From Catajapyx aquilonaris (taxonomy: Eukaryota), in contig KZ538483.1 in assembly GCA_000934665.2 (NCBI GenBank), positions 1 through 64,000 of the forward strand: a stretch of 64,000 nucleotides of DNA, read 5' to 3'. Position numbers and translations under genes: made by a program. The notes under the pieces were generated by a model, which saw nothing but the letters and a program-made list of their open reading frames with translations, made no database searches and was not told the DNA's origin. Position 1 is the first letter of the stretch; each line of letters starts with the position of its first letter. Shown one piece after another: positions 12,461 to 25,179 of the stretch.

Positions 12461-13491
12461 CTGTAAACGTTGACTATTTGTGAAAGTAGGCTGATTCTAC
12501 TGAAAATGCCAGTACGAGTACTTATAGTGAGTCAATCAAAATGACTTCTATTGACTCTTATTGGATTAATCAAATGACACCTTTTGTTGACAGGTGTCTT
12601 CTTTTGGCGATTAAAACGTGTCAACCCTTTAGTTGAGTCAATTGGCACCGTTACTTTCGCTAGTCATGACCACATGCATTTAGACCACGAGCTACATTTT
12701 TTCTCCCCAGTGTGTACACGCTATAGATGCGGATCTGGGTCGGAGGTCAAGGACGAGCGTCCTCGAATTTCATCCCAACCGTAAAGGCGTCTTGAAAACG
12801 GCCCTTTTCGGCCTGACTGTCAAGTCATCGAAGGATCATTTGTCAGACTTCCGAGGATCTTTTTTTTTATATGTATTATTCTCTCCCCTTCTTCTCCTCC
12901 CCTATCGTTCACCTGCTGTCCATTGTTTCCAAAATACCACCACGAGAGGGACGCTTTGTAACACTCCCCATCTTGTTTTTTACGATTATTTTCAACCTCC
13001 CCCCCCCTCCCCCCAGATATAAAATTCCAGAAGTGTTTTTACAACATGTCAATATCTACAATATTCCAATTTGCTAGAGTGTCACTGTGATTTATGAACA
13101 GTTTTTTTTGTGCTTCCGAAGCGATAGTATCATGCTGTGAGCAAATTCACTCATTTAGTCGAAATACTCGCACATTAGAGCATTGTTGCTTTATCACTCC
13201 ATATATATTGTTGTCATTTTTAGACAAGTCAGCGTCAGTAATTTTATCACACTTCATATATTTTTGCCATTTTTGTTATTAATATTAGTATTAGGTTTTA
13301 AGGCTGGTGAATTTAGGTAAAAATGGCAACGGGCGTCCATGCAACCTGGCAGAACCACAATAACGTTCGTTAGCCTGCGACGCACAAGACGGACCCGCAT
13401 TGTTGGCGTTATATACGACCCACAACCCACAATAAGGGCATATGCAGCTCGCTTATGCTCTCAATGTTAATACGTCGTAATTAAAATTATC

Positions 13492-13765
13492 CGGGGAGGC
13501 ATGGTGGTCTTGTGGTTACTCCACTGGCCAGCCAAGCGGGAGGCCGGGGTTTAAATCCCGTCCCCGTCACTTCTGCTTTTTCCGCTGTTCGCCAGACATG
13601 CCGGGGCAGAATTGCACTCCCTTACTCTGCCCAGGGCCAGGAGAAAAGGTCTGGTGTATTTCACAGTCATAAATGACTAAAATTACAGCGCCCTCCCTTG
13701 GGAACCTCCCCTTTCCCCCTAAGAGGGGTCCGCCCTATCACCGGGTAGTTAAAATTTTTTAAACA
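13492..13765 (+). mobile_element. tRNA-derived SINE, family B
   Basis: GGGGAGGCATGGTGGTCTTGTGGTTA (A-box) ... GGTTTAAATCCCG (degenerate B-box), A-rich end. Near-perfect 13-bp TSD AATTAAAATTATC (13479-13491) / AATTATAATTATC (13766-13778). Confidence 0.75.
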
Positions 13766-13780
13766 AATTATAATTATCTG

Positions 13781-14165
13781 GCAATGCGACAGACCGTGCC
13801 TGCCGGGGGTATGACTCGGACTGTACTGATGTGGTCACCCAAAAGCCACACAGATGACACTAACACAAAAATGGCTCCTTATTGTCATCCCCGGGGCCGC
13901 CCAGGTAGCGCAAAATTTCATTTTTCCCTTCCTGTCGGAGGAACGGACTTTTTATCATCGGGCAAATGCGACGGACCGTGCCTGGCAGGGACACAAGGCT
14001 GACCAGTACTGGTGTGGTTACTCAAAAGCCATACAGATGACACCAACACCTAGGGAGCTCAACGAAATAATTTCTACCCTTTCTTTTCGAGGAACGGACT
14101 GTTTATCAACGGGCAAATACAAAGTACCGTGCATGGCAGGGACACGACGGACAGTACTGGTCATT
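13781..14165. repeat. Degenerate ~150-180-bp direct repeat x3, related to 48830-48875
   Basis: ACCGTGCCTGGCAGGGACAC...GTACTGG..CAAAAGCCAYACAGATGACAC units. Confidence 0.7.
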
Positions 14166-14932
14166 TTACAGTCATTTTTTCAAGTTAGTTGTGCCATTAT
14201 TACCGTACAGAGTTGGAATTATTGCAACTAGAATTCTGACGTCACCATGGCAATAATGTCACCTCTCTCCCCCGATATATATACCGACCGAGAACAAAAC
14301 ATGCCCCCATTTCCAACCCCTCCATTGTTGCATTTCCCTCCCCATAAGATCTCCCGCCTTCTTTACAGAACTCAATTTTTGTCCCTGAAAAGCAATCTAT
14401 CTCTCCCCCCACGATCGTATCCCACCTGTACCCTGCGAGTCTACCACCATCAGCATGGTTAGAAAAGAGGCCCCCCCTCCCCTTCCTCTCCCCTCTCTCC
14501 CTCCCTGCTGCTCCCTCCCCCATCACGCACAAAAGGCAGCACGAGGGCGGCCGGGGGCTTCTCTTCAAAAGATGTAATTTGGGAGCCTTTTCAGCCGCCT
14601 CTGCTGGCGTTGACAGCCGGCTGCAGGAGCGCACAATGAGGCCTCGACCGCAGTTCAAGAGCACCACACCATTTTCCCTCTACCCCCTCCTCTCCTCCCC
14701 CTACTGCACTTGATCGAACCGAAGGGAGAGGGGGGGACAAGTGTAAGATTTCCTTGAAAGTCACCCGGGACTTTGAATGTCGCAGAGTGACGATAGTATC
14801 GATCTAGTGGGACAGGTTGATGTTTGGGGACAGGTATTGTCCGTAGTCCACACAACTTCATAAGGCCCTCAGTAGTGTCCATATAGGCTGCTGCTGTACT
14901 CGCTTTGCTAGGCGGTGGGGCGTAGACTATCA

Positions 14933-15009
14933 GGCTTCGACCATCTTGTCTTCGGTCGCGTTGATGCCGCGGCGGCATCAACGCGACCGAAGACAAGACG
15001 GTCGAAGCC
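14933..15009. repeat. GC-rich palindrome, 38-bp arms, 1 mismatch, 1-nt spacer
   Basis: GGCTTCGACCATCTTGTCTTCGGTCGCGTTGATGCCGC-G-GCGGCATCAACGCGACCGAAGACAAGACGGTCGAAGCC, followed by AGTGTGAATGGGCC-TTAA. Confidence 0.93.
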
Positions 15010-15025
15010 AGTGTGAATGGGCCTT

Positions 15026-15690
15026 AAGCCACACAGTTTAAGCTGAGGAGGACTGTATGACCACGAAACGTCCGAAATTTAGGCTGATTTATAGTTTATC
15101 CGCACCTTCGCAACGAAGGGGTGGGCTCCCAACGGTTGGTTTCGCACCCCCCCTCTCGCGTAGGCTGGATAAGCCACACAGGTTCACATACGACAGTTTA
15201 AGTTGAGCAGGACTGTATGGCCACGAAACGGCCGAAATTTGGGCTGATTTATAGTTTATCCGCACCTTCGCAACGAAGGGGTGGGCTCCCAACTATTGGT
15301 TGCGCACCCCCCGATGTGGGGCTTCGCCCTCTTTGCGTAGGGTGGATAAGCCACACAGGTTCACATACGACAGTTTAAGTTGAGCAGGACAGTATGGCCA
15401 CGAAATGGTTGAAATTTGGGCTGATTTATAGTTTATCCGCACCTTAGCAAAGAGGGCGGGGCCGGGCGGGCGGGGTTGGCTGGGCTACCGACGCGACTGG
15501 CTTCGCACCCCCCGATGTATAGGGCTTCGCACCCTCGCGTAGGCTGTATAAGCCACACAGTTTAAGTTGAGCAGAACTGTATGGCCACAAATTGGTCAAA
15601 ATTTGGGCTTCTCACCTTAGCAATGAAGGCGGGTTTGGGCGAGCGGGGTGGGCTCCCGACGGTTGGCAACGAAATGGTCGAAATTAAGCG
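15026..15690. repeat. ~145-200-bp tandem repeat x4
   Basis: AAGCCACACAG...AGTTTAAGTTGAGCAGGACTGTATGGCCACGAAA...GGGCTGATTTATAGTTTATCCGCACCTT at 15026, 15171, 15348 and 15550. Confidence 0.9.
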
Positions 15691-16739
15691 ATAAATCGTC
15701 CCATAACCTTATGTAGCGTACAGTAGGATATAACATGTCATTGGGTCAATTTTCAGCACTCTCAGTACTCTAGAAGTGCGTTAAAGCCCGGATAAACCCA
15801 GATTTATATCAGGACTGCTGTATGGCCACGAAATGGTCTAAATTTAGCAATAAGTTGTTCTATAACTTAAATATTAGAATTTTGCCAATTTCATTGAATA
15901 TTGTAGGATATAACCAATCAGTGTGCCCATTTTCAGTCCTATCAGTCTCTGAAAGTGCCTTAAAGCCCGGACAAACATTCCGCGTTATACATATAAATGC
16001 AACATGGCGGTAGGATCGAGAATTAAATACGGGGAAGAAGGGCCAGGATTTCAGACTTATCCGGAACAAATCCTTGGGACCAAAAACCCCCTCCGGATTT
16101 TCCTTCCTCACCATACAGCCCCTTTTCTTTCCTTTCTGCATACAAATGGAGGCCCTCAAAATGGGAAAGAAATGGGTGCCCAGCAGCGCATGCCCCAAAA
16201 TGGCGTCCGGAATAAGCATATGGGGCGTTGATTAGACAGCGAGTGACACTTATGCTGCTGGAAATGGCCCTGCCCCAATTGCGGCGATTTGCGTAATTCC
16301 TGCCCACTAGTTCCGCCGCACTTCCACATGGAAAATGGCAGTCAGCCATCGTCCCCGACTGTCAATCAGCCAATCAATCAACAGGGGGTTTATACGGGCA
16401 CAGTTTCTCATGTTATAACACAAATGTTCAAAATGTAAGTTTTATACAAGATTACGCGAGTGTGATTCGAGTAGACTTTTTCTCATTGAAATGAAAATTG
16501 GCATATTTGGATCGCATCGTATTTGTCACAGGTGTGAATCAACGTGGATCGATATATCAGCACAGTGGATATCATAATCTAGGGAAGGTATCGATAATAT
16601 AATGGCGACCGATCACGCTCATCGCAAACTTCGTGAATTAATTCCACATCCAATGTGCATTAACGCCAGTTAAAACCCGGGGCAAACCGTCGATATACAC
16701 TTGGTCAGGAACCCACAGAAACGCACATAATCATATGGT

Positions 16740-16933
16740 AACCCGCCTGTAAACTTGACCTCGTCGGATAGAGTGAACCCGGAAACCGAACGTGTGGCCA
16801 GTCACCGGAAGTTAACTTAGGGGACGCCGAATCCGAATCCGAAACCCGTTTGTCGCTATCTCGTCATACGGTTTATATAGGCCCTGATACTTGTCCACGG
16901 ACGGACAGAGACGTTCTATAAAACTGCATAAAA
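16740..16933 (-). mobile_element. DINE-1/HINE-like element, copy 2 (inverted relative to 17891)
   Basis: Reverse complement TCTGTCCGTCCGTGGACAAGTATCAGGGCCT...GAGATAGCGACAAACGGGTTTCGGATTC matches copy 1. Boundaries approximate. Confidence 0.55.
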
Positions 16934-17652
16934 TTCAAACTCCAGTTAGTTGCAAAAATTTGGGTCTTAATGGCTCATGCTGATTCTCCCCTCTCACTAG
17001 ATTAGCTCCGTTTGGAATGCTCCAGCGTCTCCCCTCTCCATCCACCTTCTCCCCCCCCTCTCAACCCGGAGCCCATTTACCCGGACGACACGCCCGATTC
17101 TTATCGTCCGGCGTGAAAAATGGCCTCCATAATAAATCGCCACTTTATGCAAATGAGCGATGACACGTTGCAAAAAAAAGGAGACTCGCTTTTTCTTTGC
17201 CACCTTCTCTCTCTGAAGAGGCGCTGAACCGTCCCAGGTTCGATCCTCGGTCCTGGCTAACTTCCGCTTGCATATAGGTGCTGACCTCCTCCCTAGCAAG
17301 AAGGGGTTGGTAGATACGACGCGTCGTGAATCTTGAATTGGCAACCCTGTGGAGTGATGGCGGGACTTCTCACGCGCCAAGCTCCCGTTTGGCCTTCTCC
17401 TCCTCCTCAGACGGGGGCTTCATTTCCATCTGATCGACTGCACCCACCCCCGACCCCTCCCATTTCATCCCCGCTGCCACCATGTCTTATCGGAACATGC
17501 CATCGGAACCGCCCTCGACTTACCCTCCACCCGCCCCACCTTCCCTCTTGCAAGTTCAAGCCAGAGGGAAAAAAAAGAAGAAAATGGTCTTTCAACTCTA
17601 CAGTCATGCTAAGAGTCGTTCGCACGTGTCCGGTAGCACTGTAGTGACGTAA

Positions 17653-17860
17653 ATGGCCTTATTGCCAACACTGGCCTTATTGCCAACTCTGGCCTCATTG
17701 CCAACTCTGGCCTCATTGCCAACTCTGGCCTCATTGCCAACACTGGCCTTATTGCTAACACTGACTTGATTGCCAACACTACCCTCATTGCCAACACTAC
17801 CTTCATTGCCAACACTGCCCTTATTGCCAACACTGCCCTTATTGCCAACTCTGGCCTTAC
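17653..17860. repeat. 18-bp minisatellite ATTGCCAACACTGGCCTT
   Basis: About 11 tandem units; gives hexapeptide-repeat ORFs in several frames. Confidence 0.93.
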
Positions 17861-17890
17861 TTGGATCACTCACCTTGTTTGGTTTTAAAC

Positions 17891-18125
17891 TTTTTATCTC
17901 ATCAAAAACGTATTATCCGTCCGTCCGTCCGTCTGTCTGTGGACATGTATCAGGGCCTGAAGCCTAAACCTCAAGAGATAGCAACAAACGGTTTTCGGAT
18001 TCAGCGGACACTAAAGGGGCTCCAAGACCAACTTCAGGTGGACCAGCCACTTGCGGTTTTGAGGATCTACTCTATCTGCCAAGGTCAAGTTGCAGGCATA
18101 TATTGGCAACGGTGAGACTGATAAT
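17891..18125 (+). mobile_element. DINE-1/HINE (Helentron-associated)-like element, copy 1
   Basis: T-run start, (GTCC/GTCT)n microsatellite, then GTGGACATGTATCAGGGCCT...GAGATAGCAACAAACGGTTTTCGGATTC, which recurs inverted at ~16815-16910. Family assignment is by architecture only. Confidence 0.55.
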
Positions 18126-18254
18126 AATCAATGTCATTGTTGTCTGAGTTGAATCGTGTCGTGTAGTGTCGTATCGGGTTTGTCAGCATCATTTCTCGCT
18201 GCCCAATTAGAAAATGTCGACTCGAATCACGCTGGCGTGATTTCCCAATCTTGT

Positions 18255-19275
18255 TTGATAATCGATTTACAGCAATTTGGCTCCAATGTATCGATTTTTC
18301 GATATTGATTGTCGATATTTTGTACCACTGATTATTATCGACCTTTTATATCATTTATATCTAATAAATCATATGCATTGACGATTAATACTGCATCAAT
18401 TATCGATATTTTTACAGTAAAACTATCGTCTTCTCAGAACTAATTATCGATATTTACGCCAGTTATCGATATTCTACAACATAATTTATCGATATTTCTA
18501 GACAATCCATTTGCATTTTGGTTTTAATGTATCGATATTTGACACTGATTGTCGATATTTCGTATCATATATTATCGGTATTTTGCATCATTGATAACAA
18601 TCCATAATTTGCATTAAGTCATCGAAATTCTGGACCAATAATCGATATTTTGAAATTGCAACTGACGATATTTTGGAGCAATAATTATCGATATCATCCC
18701 TAGTTATCAAAATTTCGCAACAAAATTTATCGATATTTCTTTATACTTATCGATATTTATTCATATACTTATCGATATTCATTCATATACTTATCGATAT
18801 TTATTCATATACTTATCGATATTTATTCATATACTTATCGATATTTATTCATAACTTTTCGATATTTATTCATGCTTTATCGATATTTCTTGATACTTAT
18901 CGATATTTGTTCACCAACTTATCGATATTTCATCATGCTTTATCGATATTTTTACATAATTTATCGATATTTCTACATAATTTATCGATATTTCTACATA
19001 ATTTATCGATATTTCTACATAATTTATCGATATTTCTACATAATTTATCGATATTTCTACATAATTTATTAATATTGCTACGCAATTTAATATTTCTGCA
19101 CAATTTATCGATATTTCTACATACTTTATCAATATGGTATTGCTACCCACAATTTTTCTATTCTTGCTACATAATTTATCTATACTTACATCACCTATCG
19201 ACCTTTTCTGTGTAAGTTATCATCGATGTTTTTGCAATACTGGTTACGAATATTTTTTGAAATATCGATAATTGC
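18255..19275. repeat. TTATCGATATTT-core satellite (21/22-bp units in the homogeneous part)
   Basis: ATACTTATCGATATTTATTCAT and AATTTATCGATATTTCTACAT arrays at 18730-19070, with degenerate flanks. Confidence 0.9.
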
Positions 19276-21923
19276 TATATAATGGAGAAATTCTGATAAC
19301 GCGTGTATCGCGTCAGGTGTCAGTTGTAGTACCTTCAGTATAGGCCTACTTGACGTGCATCTCCTGATTTCCACACACGACCTGGTGGAAGTGCACGTGT
19401 GCTTTGCAGAGCACTCTCTGCATTGCACACACACGCTGGATGCACTTGTTTTGTATGGAGGAGGAGGAGGGGGACATGTGTAGTGGCGGGAGCGCAATTT
19501 CCCTCTTTTGCCGCCACATCCGCACCATTTTCCGCCTTCCGGAAGCGCCCGGGAAACAATTTCGGGGGTCATATGACCCCGGTGTATACCTGCTCGCCTT
19601 TCATGCACACAACAACACACTCGCATGCACAGGCCACGGCTTGTTTTGTCATGAAAAGAAGACATGCACACTCTGTAGTGTCCTCTCGCCAAAAAAAGTC
19701 ACCGCTCTGGAATTTTTTGAGTGCAGTTTCAAGTTGGAGCGAAATTTGCCGACACTATAATATTGTGAACAGTTTTCGCACTATTCACCCATAGATTGAA
19801 TAAATACCTTTGTGGACATAGAGTCACAGAATATTACTCAAAAATTAGTCAAAATTTATAATAATTACTAATTCGGAGAAAGGTGGAGGTATACATTTTG
19901 CTGAATATGCCACTCAATATAAATTCAAGAAATTTAAAATGATCAGAAATACACAATTATACCTCGAAATTTGAAATTACTCCCAAATACTCAAAATTGA
20001 CAAATTTCCTGAAACATTTTACCCTAAATATACGTAAAATTGAAAACTACTAAAGTCTACATTTACATCATTTCGATATACACACGCCACCAATAAATTG
20101 AATAAACTGTTCAAAAATGACGGTTTACTCAATAATGACTCTGAACTGAAAATTACTCGCATATTAAAATTAAACTTACTCAAATAATTTCTCAATTTGA
20201 GTTTTCTAATGAAATTACAATAATGAATTAAAATTTAAATATTTGAAATTGCTCACAATTAAAATGTAATAAAATGTTTAAAAAAATGTTAAGTGTTAAA
20301 TGTTAGAATGTCATGTAATTCCAAATTACTCAAAAAATGTTTAAAAAATGCTAAATTAACCCTTACTCAAAAATGCAGTTGTATTTCAATATTTTTTCAA
20401 AAAAACCTATCGAAGTATTTCGCAGTTTGTTCCTACAATTATTCTGTTACTCTGTACACTGATTGTCGAATCACTGTTGGCCGAATTATACTCCGCTGAA
20501 TATATTTTGGAAACTTCTTTTTATGGGGGTGCTCCACACAGTATACAAGCCCAACATCTCAAAAAAGAAATCTTTTGAAAACAAGTGTAACGTGAAATCG
20601 AATAGCTTTGCAATCTCTCTGAGTCCCCGATTTCGGATTCCCTTTTGATTACTCATTATTTAACTCAATTCCATCCAACCATAGATATCTTCAAGAACCC
20701 AACTCTCTAGAGACATTACCCTCCGCAAGAACATTTTTTTTGATGACTTATTCTCCCCAATCTCCAAGGAAACCTGACACCACAAACCCCCTCTTGAAAC
20801 CAGGAGGGGGTTTAATTACAACCCGAGCAAAGTAAGGTAGGGGGGATATGATTACTGCGTTCGTAATTAACGTTTTTTTTTTTGAAACTCCAACCGTGGC
20901 GCCCTCTCAGCAGCTGAATTTTTAATTTCCTGGCGTAATCGAGATGTAGTTAGTTTTCATGGGTGGAAATGCGTGATGCTCTTGGTTGGAAGCTTCAAAA
21001 AAAGTTGGAGATGGGTTATAAGCTCACGTACTACCTAAACCCTAAACCAAATGACAGGGCGGCTATCTTTTTTTTACCCTATGGTCCAGACCTTGCTACT
21101 GGTAGGGTTGAAACCCCATCATTGGGACCGGGGGCTCATTTTGAACCCATTACCTTACCCGGGGAACTCCGTGATATTCCGGTCTCGAAAGGCGTCTCCT
21201 GCCTAATCGATCGCTTCCCGCCCTAACCGGATTTTTTTTTTCTTCCCTGGGATAAGACCACTTATGGTACACATTGTTGGAGGAATGTGTATGTGAAGGA
21301 ATCAGGCAGGTTTGCATGATAATAGCTGGAATTCGCGGATGTTCAGATTGAAATCGGATAATTTTCATCATTTTCTATTATTTTAGTTTGTTTATGTGTG
21401 TAATATGACATTATCTTCATTTATAAATTTTTATAAATTCTTTCGATTGCAGTAGGGCCTACTAATGTTGTTAAAAAATTTCGGCAATAATTTTCAGACT
21501 TTTAATTTCCGTATTTCTCTATACTGTATATAGAGTAGTTCGGTTTTCATTACTTCCTATTACGAATATTTTAGTTTACGTATTTATTTTTGTAATCTTA
21601 TACCATTTTAATTTATTAATTACGGTACTATAAATATCTATATTTTTTGTAAATTTCATAATTTTCTACCTCGTCTTAATCTTCTAGAGCTCAATTTCAA
21701 TAATTCTCACTATTTTCTGTAATTTCAGAAGGAATTTATTTTCATAATTTATATTAGCTTCATTAATAAATTGTTATAAATTTTCATTGTATTTACGTTT
21801 ACATAATTTTCTGTACGAACTTACGCTGCAGTTCAATTTGCATAATTTTCTCTAAAACTCATAATCGTCCTACTATTTTATACTTTTATTACTAAGTAAT
21901 TATTATATTTTATACTATTTTAT

Positions 21924-21976
21924 TTATTTATTTATTTATTATGTAGCCCCTTGCGAGGGCATAACCCTTTTAGGGG
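21924..21976 (-). mobile_element. 53-bp extremely 5'-truncated retroposon insertion (tail only)
   Basis: Minus strand CCCCTAAAAGGGTTATGCCCTCGCAAGGGGCTACAT then (TAAA)-type tail. 17-bp TSD ATTTTATACTATTTTAT at 21907-21923 and 21977-21993. Confidence 0.85.
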
Positions 21977-23192
21977 ATTTTATACTATTTTATATGTACT
22001 ATTTCACACTGTTATTATTTACTATTTTATAATTATGTATAGGCGTAGGGCTACTATTTCACACTGTTATTCGTTACTATTTTATACTGTTATTACGGTA
22101 TTTACTATTTTATTTTCGTGTTTTATATTGTGTACTTAGATGCATACAAATGACTTTGTTGTGTCAATTCGGTCCATTTAACACAAATTTTAACCGAATT
22201 TATTTACAAAATCTACTTCTTTAAATACGAAAAAAAATCACCGATCACAAATTTACATAATCGCACTAATTTTCGACAGACGTTGATCCGCACCTTGTAC
22301 GGACCTGTCCCCCCCCAAAAAAAACTTCAAAACGGTTTTTTCCCCATCAAAAAATTTCAGGCCTATTTTAATGAGGACCGGTCCCCATTTAGAGGTCGAA
22401 GGTCACATTTCCCCTCTGCTAAGCTGTAATCACCTGGGTAAGGGCCCGGGTTATAGAGTGGGTGCCATTACCATTATTACGTAGTGTTCAGGAACCCTGA
22501 ATTTGGTGCCTCGCCCACTTTGAGCACCTTCACAATTTTCCTCCCCATCTTAAGACCTACCGCACTTTCATGCAATAATCACTCATCTTTATATTTATAA
22601 AAAAAAGTCGAACCAAGATATCTATCGCTCATAACTCATGTAAAAAACTCGTTCTCCAATCACTTATTAGGAAAAAAATAGGCATTTCCGGCAATTATGT
22701 TCAGATACTATCAGCGGCCTATTCCGGACATTTCTTATGGGAATGTCCGCAATAAGTCTATAGTAAAAGTTAGCGGTATGTTGTAGGCTAGCAGGAATTT
22801 CCTTGCTTTTTGAGTCCCGTGGGAAGAGCGCATTCCCACCAGGATTATACAGGATCAGTAGATGTCCAACAGCGTGACCTGGGGGTCACCATGACTTTGA
22901 AGGGATCAGTCAACGGCCACTGACCCTGCTATGGTCAGGGTTTTTGGGGGGTGACATTTCTATATTTTTGGGCCTGTACTGATCATAGGATGAAGAACCG
23001 AGAGTAGAGAGAGAGAGAGAGAGACCTCCTCCTAAATCGATGGCACCCAATAAGGAGTTGGCGTCCACTGTCGCCATGGAGACGACACAGGCGTCGCGCG
23101 CGTCGCTGCCTCCATATACCCCACCCCAAAAACCCAACGTCCCATCCCATAAAAATGGGACGGGGAAAATCAAGAAATTTCAGTTATTATTA

Positions 23193-23409
23193 CAATAGCG
23201 CGCAAAAAAGATTGTCGCGCTGTATCAGTGGGGGTGTTCGCGACTTTTTTTTTAGTTCACCGTCCTTCCGCAAGGGTTACCGGATGTTTAAGGTGATTGG
23301 ATGTAAAATCACCCCCAAACAGTCATCCCGCAACGACCCTTGCGGAAGGAGTGTAAACAAAAAAAAGTCGCGAACACCCACGGTGCGACAATCTTTTTGT
23401 GTGTTATAG
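23193..23409. mobile_element. TA-flanked MITE with long imperfect TIRs, ~217 bp
   Basis: TA|CAATAGCGCGCAAAAAAGATTGTCGC...GGGTGTTCGCGACTTTTTTTT...TCCTTCCGCAAGGGT, mirrored by ACCCTTGCGGAAGGA...AAAAAAAAGTCGCGAACACCC...GCGACAATCTTTTTGTGTGTTATAG|TA. Confidence 0.82.
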
Positions 23410-23864
23410 TACATACTAATCGCATGATTTTATTGTCCCATAAGATTGACCCCCTCCAGTTGGACAATTTGGTGACAGTATGTCCGCGCAGCATCATCCT
23501 GTCAGCAGACTCCGTAGCCTCTAGGCTTTGGATGCCGCCCAACTTCTCAAATTGATTTTGCAGCCCCTCCACTCCCTGCGACATTTTATGCCTCCCTCCC
23601 CCCTTTCCCTCTCTCTCTCTCCCTGCTTCCCTCTACCCCGACCGACGCCCGCCTCCCTCCCCTAGGGCGTCCTGGGCGTCGTCCTCCCCCCCTCTCCTCT
23701 CCATCCACTCCCCCCCTGCGACGCCCTTCCTGCCTCGCAGTCTCTGCTGTACGGGGTTCACGACCTTCGCCATTGCCTCGGGACATCGCGACTTGCGAAC
23801 GCGTGCTGGATTTATTTTATAAATTTTTTAAAAGGAATCTCACGGACTCGCGCCTCTATATACT

Positions 23865-24460
23865 CATGAGCCAGAAAACCCGGATTTTTTTTCTGTATTC
23901 ATATTAGTAATGAGCCAGAATCTGGAATTTTCTGCGGTTCACATTCACAATGAGCCAGCAATCCCGAATTCTCTGAAGAGAAATTCGTGATAAGCTAGAA
24001 ATCCTGTATTTTCTACATTCATATTTTGTAATGAGCCAGAAATCCAGGATTTTCTGCGGAGAAATTCGCGATAAGCCAGAAATCCTGAATTTTCTGCATT
24101 CACATTTTGTAATGAGCCAGAAATCCAGGATTTCTTGTGCTGGATTATCTCTAAACTGCTTAGTGGACTGCAGTGACGTAGCCAGGGGGGGCATAAACCG
24201 AAAAGGGCGGGGAGGAGACCCGCCGCAGGCAATATTTTCTGGGAGTTCAAGGACACACGAGCTTAGGTGAATGTGGGAGATTTGAATTCGTGTGTATTTG
24301 ATGAAATTGGTAGCACTTTTTCCAAATAAAAAATCATGAATTAGCAATTTGAAAACATGATTTTAACCCCCCCCCCCCCGGCTACGTCACTGGTGGACTG
24401 TATGCCAATGATAAGTATAAGTTTGATATAAAGAGCCAGAAATCCCGGATTTTCTGCTCT
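23865..24460. repeat. ATGAGCCAGAAATCC repeat cluster (dispersed family)
   Basis: Motif recurs many times here, and inverted at ~4260, 46200-46720 and 52140-52215; interrupted by the hAT element. Confidence 0.8.
24171..24392. mobile_element. hAT-superfamily non-autonomous element, 222 bp
   Basis: TIR CAGTGACGTAGCC / GGCTACGTCACTG with sub-terminal G/C runs; perfect 8-bp TSD GTGGACTG at 24163-24170 and 24393-24400. Confidence 0.92.
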
Positions 24461-25179
24461 TTGTGGACTGTATGTCAACAATATCAGTTTGTTCGTGCTA
24501 CTATAAGTGCTAAGTATCGTACTGGCTGTTTGCACATATCAACTAGGGTAATAATAGCCTGGAGAAGTGTCATTGGATATTTTGGGGGAGATTTTTTTTT
24601 TTTGCAAAAACTAGTTAAAAGACAGCCGGTGCCTGAGGATATTTAAAGGCAACAATGTTGGGGCAAGTGACAAACGCAGGTAAATAAAAAAAACCACTTT
24701 AATTACATTATCGATTCTGTTGATATCACACACCTTTTTGTTGTAGTAAAAAATTTAGGAGGAAGGCAGCCAACCAGGTCAAATGGGCAAATTTTCCAGC
24801 CAATTGGGTTCCAATACGGTCTGACCCTCCCGATGATATATAGTTTGAAGAGCGGATATGACGCAATGGGGAGGCCTAAGTGGGGGTCTCCTCCCATGGA
24901 TGGGTGGCATACCCCTAATGGGCATCACAGGTAGTTCTGGTAGAGCCTGAGGGGTCATCGGAGTGTGTCGGAGCAATCAAGAGTCGTTGGCCACTTCCGT
25001 CCGGGAGGGGGTGGCCCACCTTCCAGCCCGCCCTTCATCCCATTTAATTGCCCGTATTCATTAGGCTGGGTGTAGCACCAAGGATACTGCTAGGTGAGAA
25101 CAGCGGGTTGTAAAATGTAAGTTAGTACAGGGTGTTCAGTCGGGTACAAATGTATTTCAGATCGAAATTGATCAGAAGT

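Noticed and set aside
17225..17255. B-box-like GGTTCGATCCT
   Set aside because: No A-box, cloverleaf or SINE body around it.
17604..17967. Hexapeptide-repeat ORFs (VGNKAS / RPELAM / PTLPSL)
   Set aside because: 18-bp minisatellite open in several frames; no splice or flanking support.
24703..24976. Pro-rich minus-strand ORFs as a possible further Lim1 exon
   Set aside because: Lim1 already terminates at 45111; no motif support.
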